From assembly GCF_006345805.1 (NCBI RefSeq), contig NW_021829919.1, positions 1-37,922 on the forward strand: DNA of 37,922 nt, written 5' to 3'. Position 1 is the first letter of the stretch, and each line of letters opens with the position of its first letter. This document shows, piece by piece, positions 36,305 to 37,922 of the stretch. Source of the DNA: Octopus sinensis (lineage: Eukaryota). A program made the translations under genes and the position numbers. Below the pieces are notes generated by a model. The model did no database searches and was not told the origin of the DNA. It worked only from the letters and a program-made list of their open reading frames with translations.

Positions 36305-36535
36305 ATTTCTTTACTACCCACAAGGGGCTAAACACAGAGGGGACAAACAAGGACAAACAAAGGGATTAAGTCGACTACATCGAACCCAGTGCGTAACTGG
36401 TACTTAATTTATCGACCCCAAAAGGATGAAAGGCAAAGTCGACCTCGGCAGAATTTGAACTCGGAACGTAACGACAGACGAAATACGGCTACGAATTTCG
36501 CCCGGCGTGATAACGTTTCTGCCAGCTCGCCGCCT
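36305..36535 (-). mobile_element. SINE, family B (young), inserted in the piggyBac remnant
   Basis: TSD tgaacaatatata on both sides. Confidence 0.92.
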
Positions 36536-36571
36536 TTTGAACAATATATAAATTAACTATAGTTGGACATA

Positions 36572-36969
36572 ATGCTGCTGTTGTTGTTAAGCAACAAGAC
36601 GGGTAAGGGTGATTAGGTGATGGTCTAGGGCTTAGGGGCGGGAGACTCCAAACCTTGGAAAAAAAAACTTTGGTCGTCTTGTTGTAGTCGAGGGCTCTTC
36701 GTTGACGCCCGACACCACTGAGAGGTGGCCCTCAAAGTCACTGGAAATGGAGATCTCCAGGTCCAATGAACAGATGCTGCTGTTGTTGTTGTTAAGCAAC
36801 AAGACGGGTAAGGGTGATTAGGTGATGGTCTAGGGTTTAGGGGAGGGAGACCCCAGACCTTGGGAAAAAAAAACTTTGGTCGTCTTGTTGTAGTCGAGGG
36901 CTCTTCATTGACGCCCGACACCACTGAGAGGTGGCCCTCGAAGTCCCTGGAAATAGAGATCTCCAGGTC
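36572..36969. repeat. ~200-bp tandem duplication replacing the piggyBac catalytic centre
   Basis: atgctgctgttgttgtt...gagatctccaggtc occurs at 36572-36763 and 36775-36969. Confidence 0.9.
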
Positions 36970-37334
36970 GAAATTTTTGAACGGCTGGACATAGTGCTGG
37001 AGATATATGGATCACCATACCTGATATCAAGATTCCAGTAGTTCCACAGTTGAGGAAGCTGCTCGATACCAAACATAATGTTTATAGAAAAAAAAGCTCA
37101 CGTTTCTACAGTATTGGTTGGCTACCATAGTGGATCAGGTCTTCCACAAATAGAAATTATGCGTTGAGCATTTGTTTCCTCCGCAACAGTTTCAAAAAAA
37201 CTTTTCGGTAAATATATATATATATATATACCGGAGTAAACACATAAATGTGAAACAAGGTGGAAAAAGGAGTACTCAAATACCAGTGGTAGAGTAATAT
37301 GCTTTATTTAAAGCAGCAGAAAATTCAACAAAAT

Positions 37335-37372
37335 CTGTTACTCTGAGTTTCTCGTTGCCGTTCATCAGACAG
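37335..37372 (-). ncRNA. Minimal type-I hammerhead ribozyme
   Basis: cugu CUGAUGA a cg-GCAA-cg a GAAA cuc-a-gag UA acag. Confidence 0.8.
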
Positions 37373-37395
37373 TTTTTGCTAGATTCTAGCAAAAA

Positions 37396-37432
37396 CTGTC
37401 TGATGAACGGCAACGAGAACTCAGAGTAACAG
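37396..37432 (+). ncRNA. Minimal type-I hammerhead ribozyme (one A of GAAA missing)
   Basis: cugu CUGAUGA acggcaacga GAA cucagag UA acag. Confidence 0.7.
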
Positions 37433-37463
37433 ATTTTGTTGAATTTTCTGCTGCTTAAATAAA

Positions 37464-37501
<38 letters not shown>

Positions 37502-37545
37502 TATACACATTATATACATATATACACATATATATACATATACAC

Positions 37546-37578
<33 letters not shown>

Positions 37579-37821
37579 TACATACACACGTATATATATG
37601 TATGTACATATCTATATATCCATATATACATGTAAATACATAAATAATAAAGGTAGCTTATTCACAATTTACAACCGAAAGGCAGAAGTCTATACGTCAC
37701 TAAAGTGACTAAGGGTGAGCAGCTGCACTGTTAGAAATAAGAGCCAAAACAACTCTTATCTACGAGAATGCACTTATCTTATGACTGACAAGGGAGGCAG
37801 GCTCCCTGTAGCATCCAGGGA

Positions 37822-37869
37822 AGCCAGATCACCTGTGATTTCGCATTTGATAAATGTTCATCAGTGGCT
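37822..37869 (-). ncRNA. Type-I hammerhead ribozyme
   Basis: agcca CUGAUGA a cauuu-auc-aaaug c GAAA ucac-ag-guga UC uggcu; all three stems present, AUC triplet. Confidence 0.85.
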
Positions 37870-37922
37870 CTCACACAGCTGCCTCGGAATAAGTTAGCTC
37901 GCCTTATCAGTTTATGATTTCC

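Larger units (their letters stand above)
35945..37210 (-). pseudogene. Decayed piggyBac-family transposase (N-terminal core fragment 36975-37210; C-terminal part 35945-36565)
   Basis: FFETVAEETN...W*PT...INIMFGIEQLPQLWNYWNLD...PYISSTMS and IVNLYI...YDHLKFRVDIASQL...GRKKK.IDC...YICSFCKVPLCK..F.QFH match piggyBac core and Cys-rich domain patterns. Confidence 0.85.
37302..37464. mobile_element. Near-perfect fold-back palindrome (1-nt spacer at 37384) of Penelope-type pLTR sequence with two hammerheads
   Basis: Arms are reverse complements apart from two 1-nt indels; centre gctaga-t-tctagc. Confidence 0.85.

Overview
AT-rich, microsatellite-dense animal DNA whose SINE and MITE repertoire looks like octopus (coleoid cephalopod); the organism call is from recognition, not a search. 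There is no long intact gene, and most ORFs in the track are translations of (TA)n/(CA)n/(GATA)n repeats. The window contains: (1) about 30 copies of at least four SINE families, several with clean TSDs and nested insertions; (2) GG-terminal MITEs with 8-9 bp TSDs (Merlin/MULE-like), a Tc2-like MITE, a pogo remnant, two non-autonomous Helitrons and a decayed piggyBac transposase; (3) two decayed Penelope-like (GIY-YIG) retroelement fragments. The most striking signal is at least seven minimal type-I hammerhead ribozyme (HHR) motifs from about five unrelated sequence families, plus several degenerate ones. Two pairs sit head-to-head in fold-back palindromes, one lies just 3' of a Penelope GIY-YIG ORF, one pair is associated with a tRNA-type B-box, and one lies in a highly structured retrozyme-like segment. 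The probable host gene is on the + strand and is visible only as a candidate first coding exon (25809-25877) and a textbook-looking 9-nt microexon (30457-30465) in a unique, TGCATG-rich intronic island.
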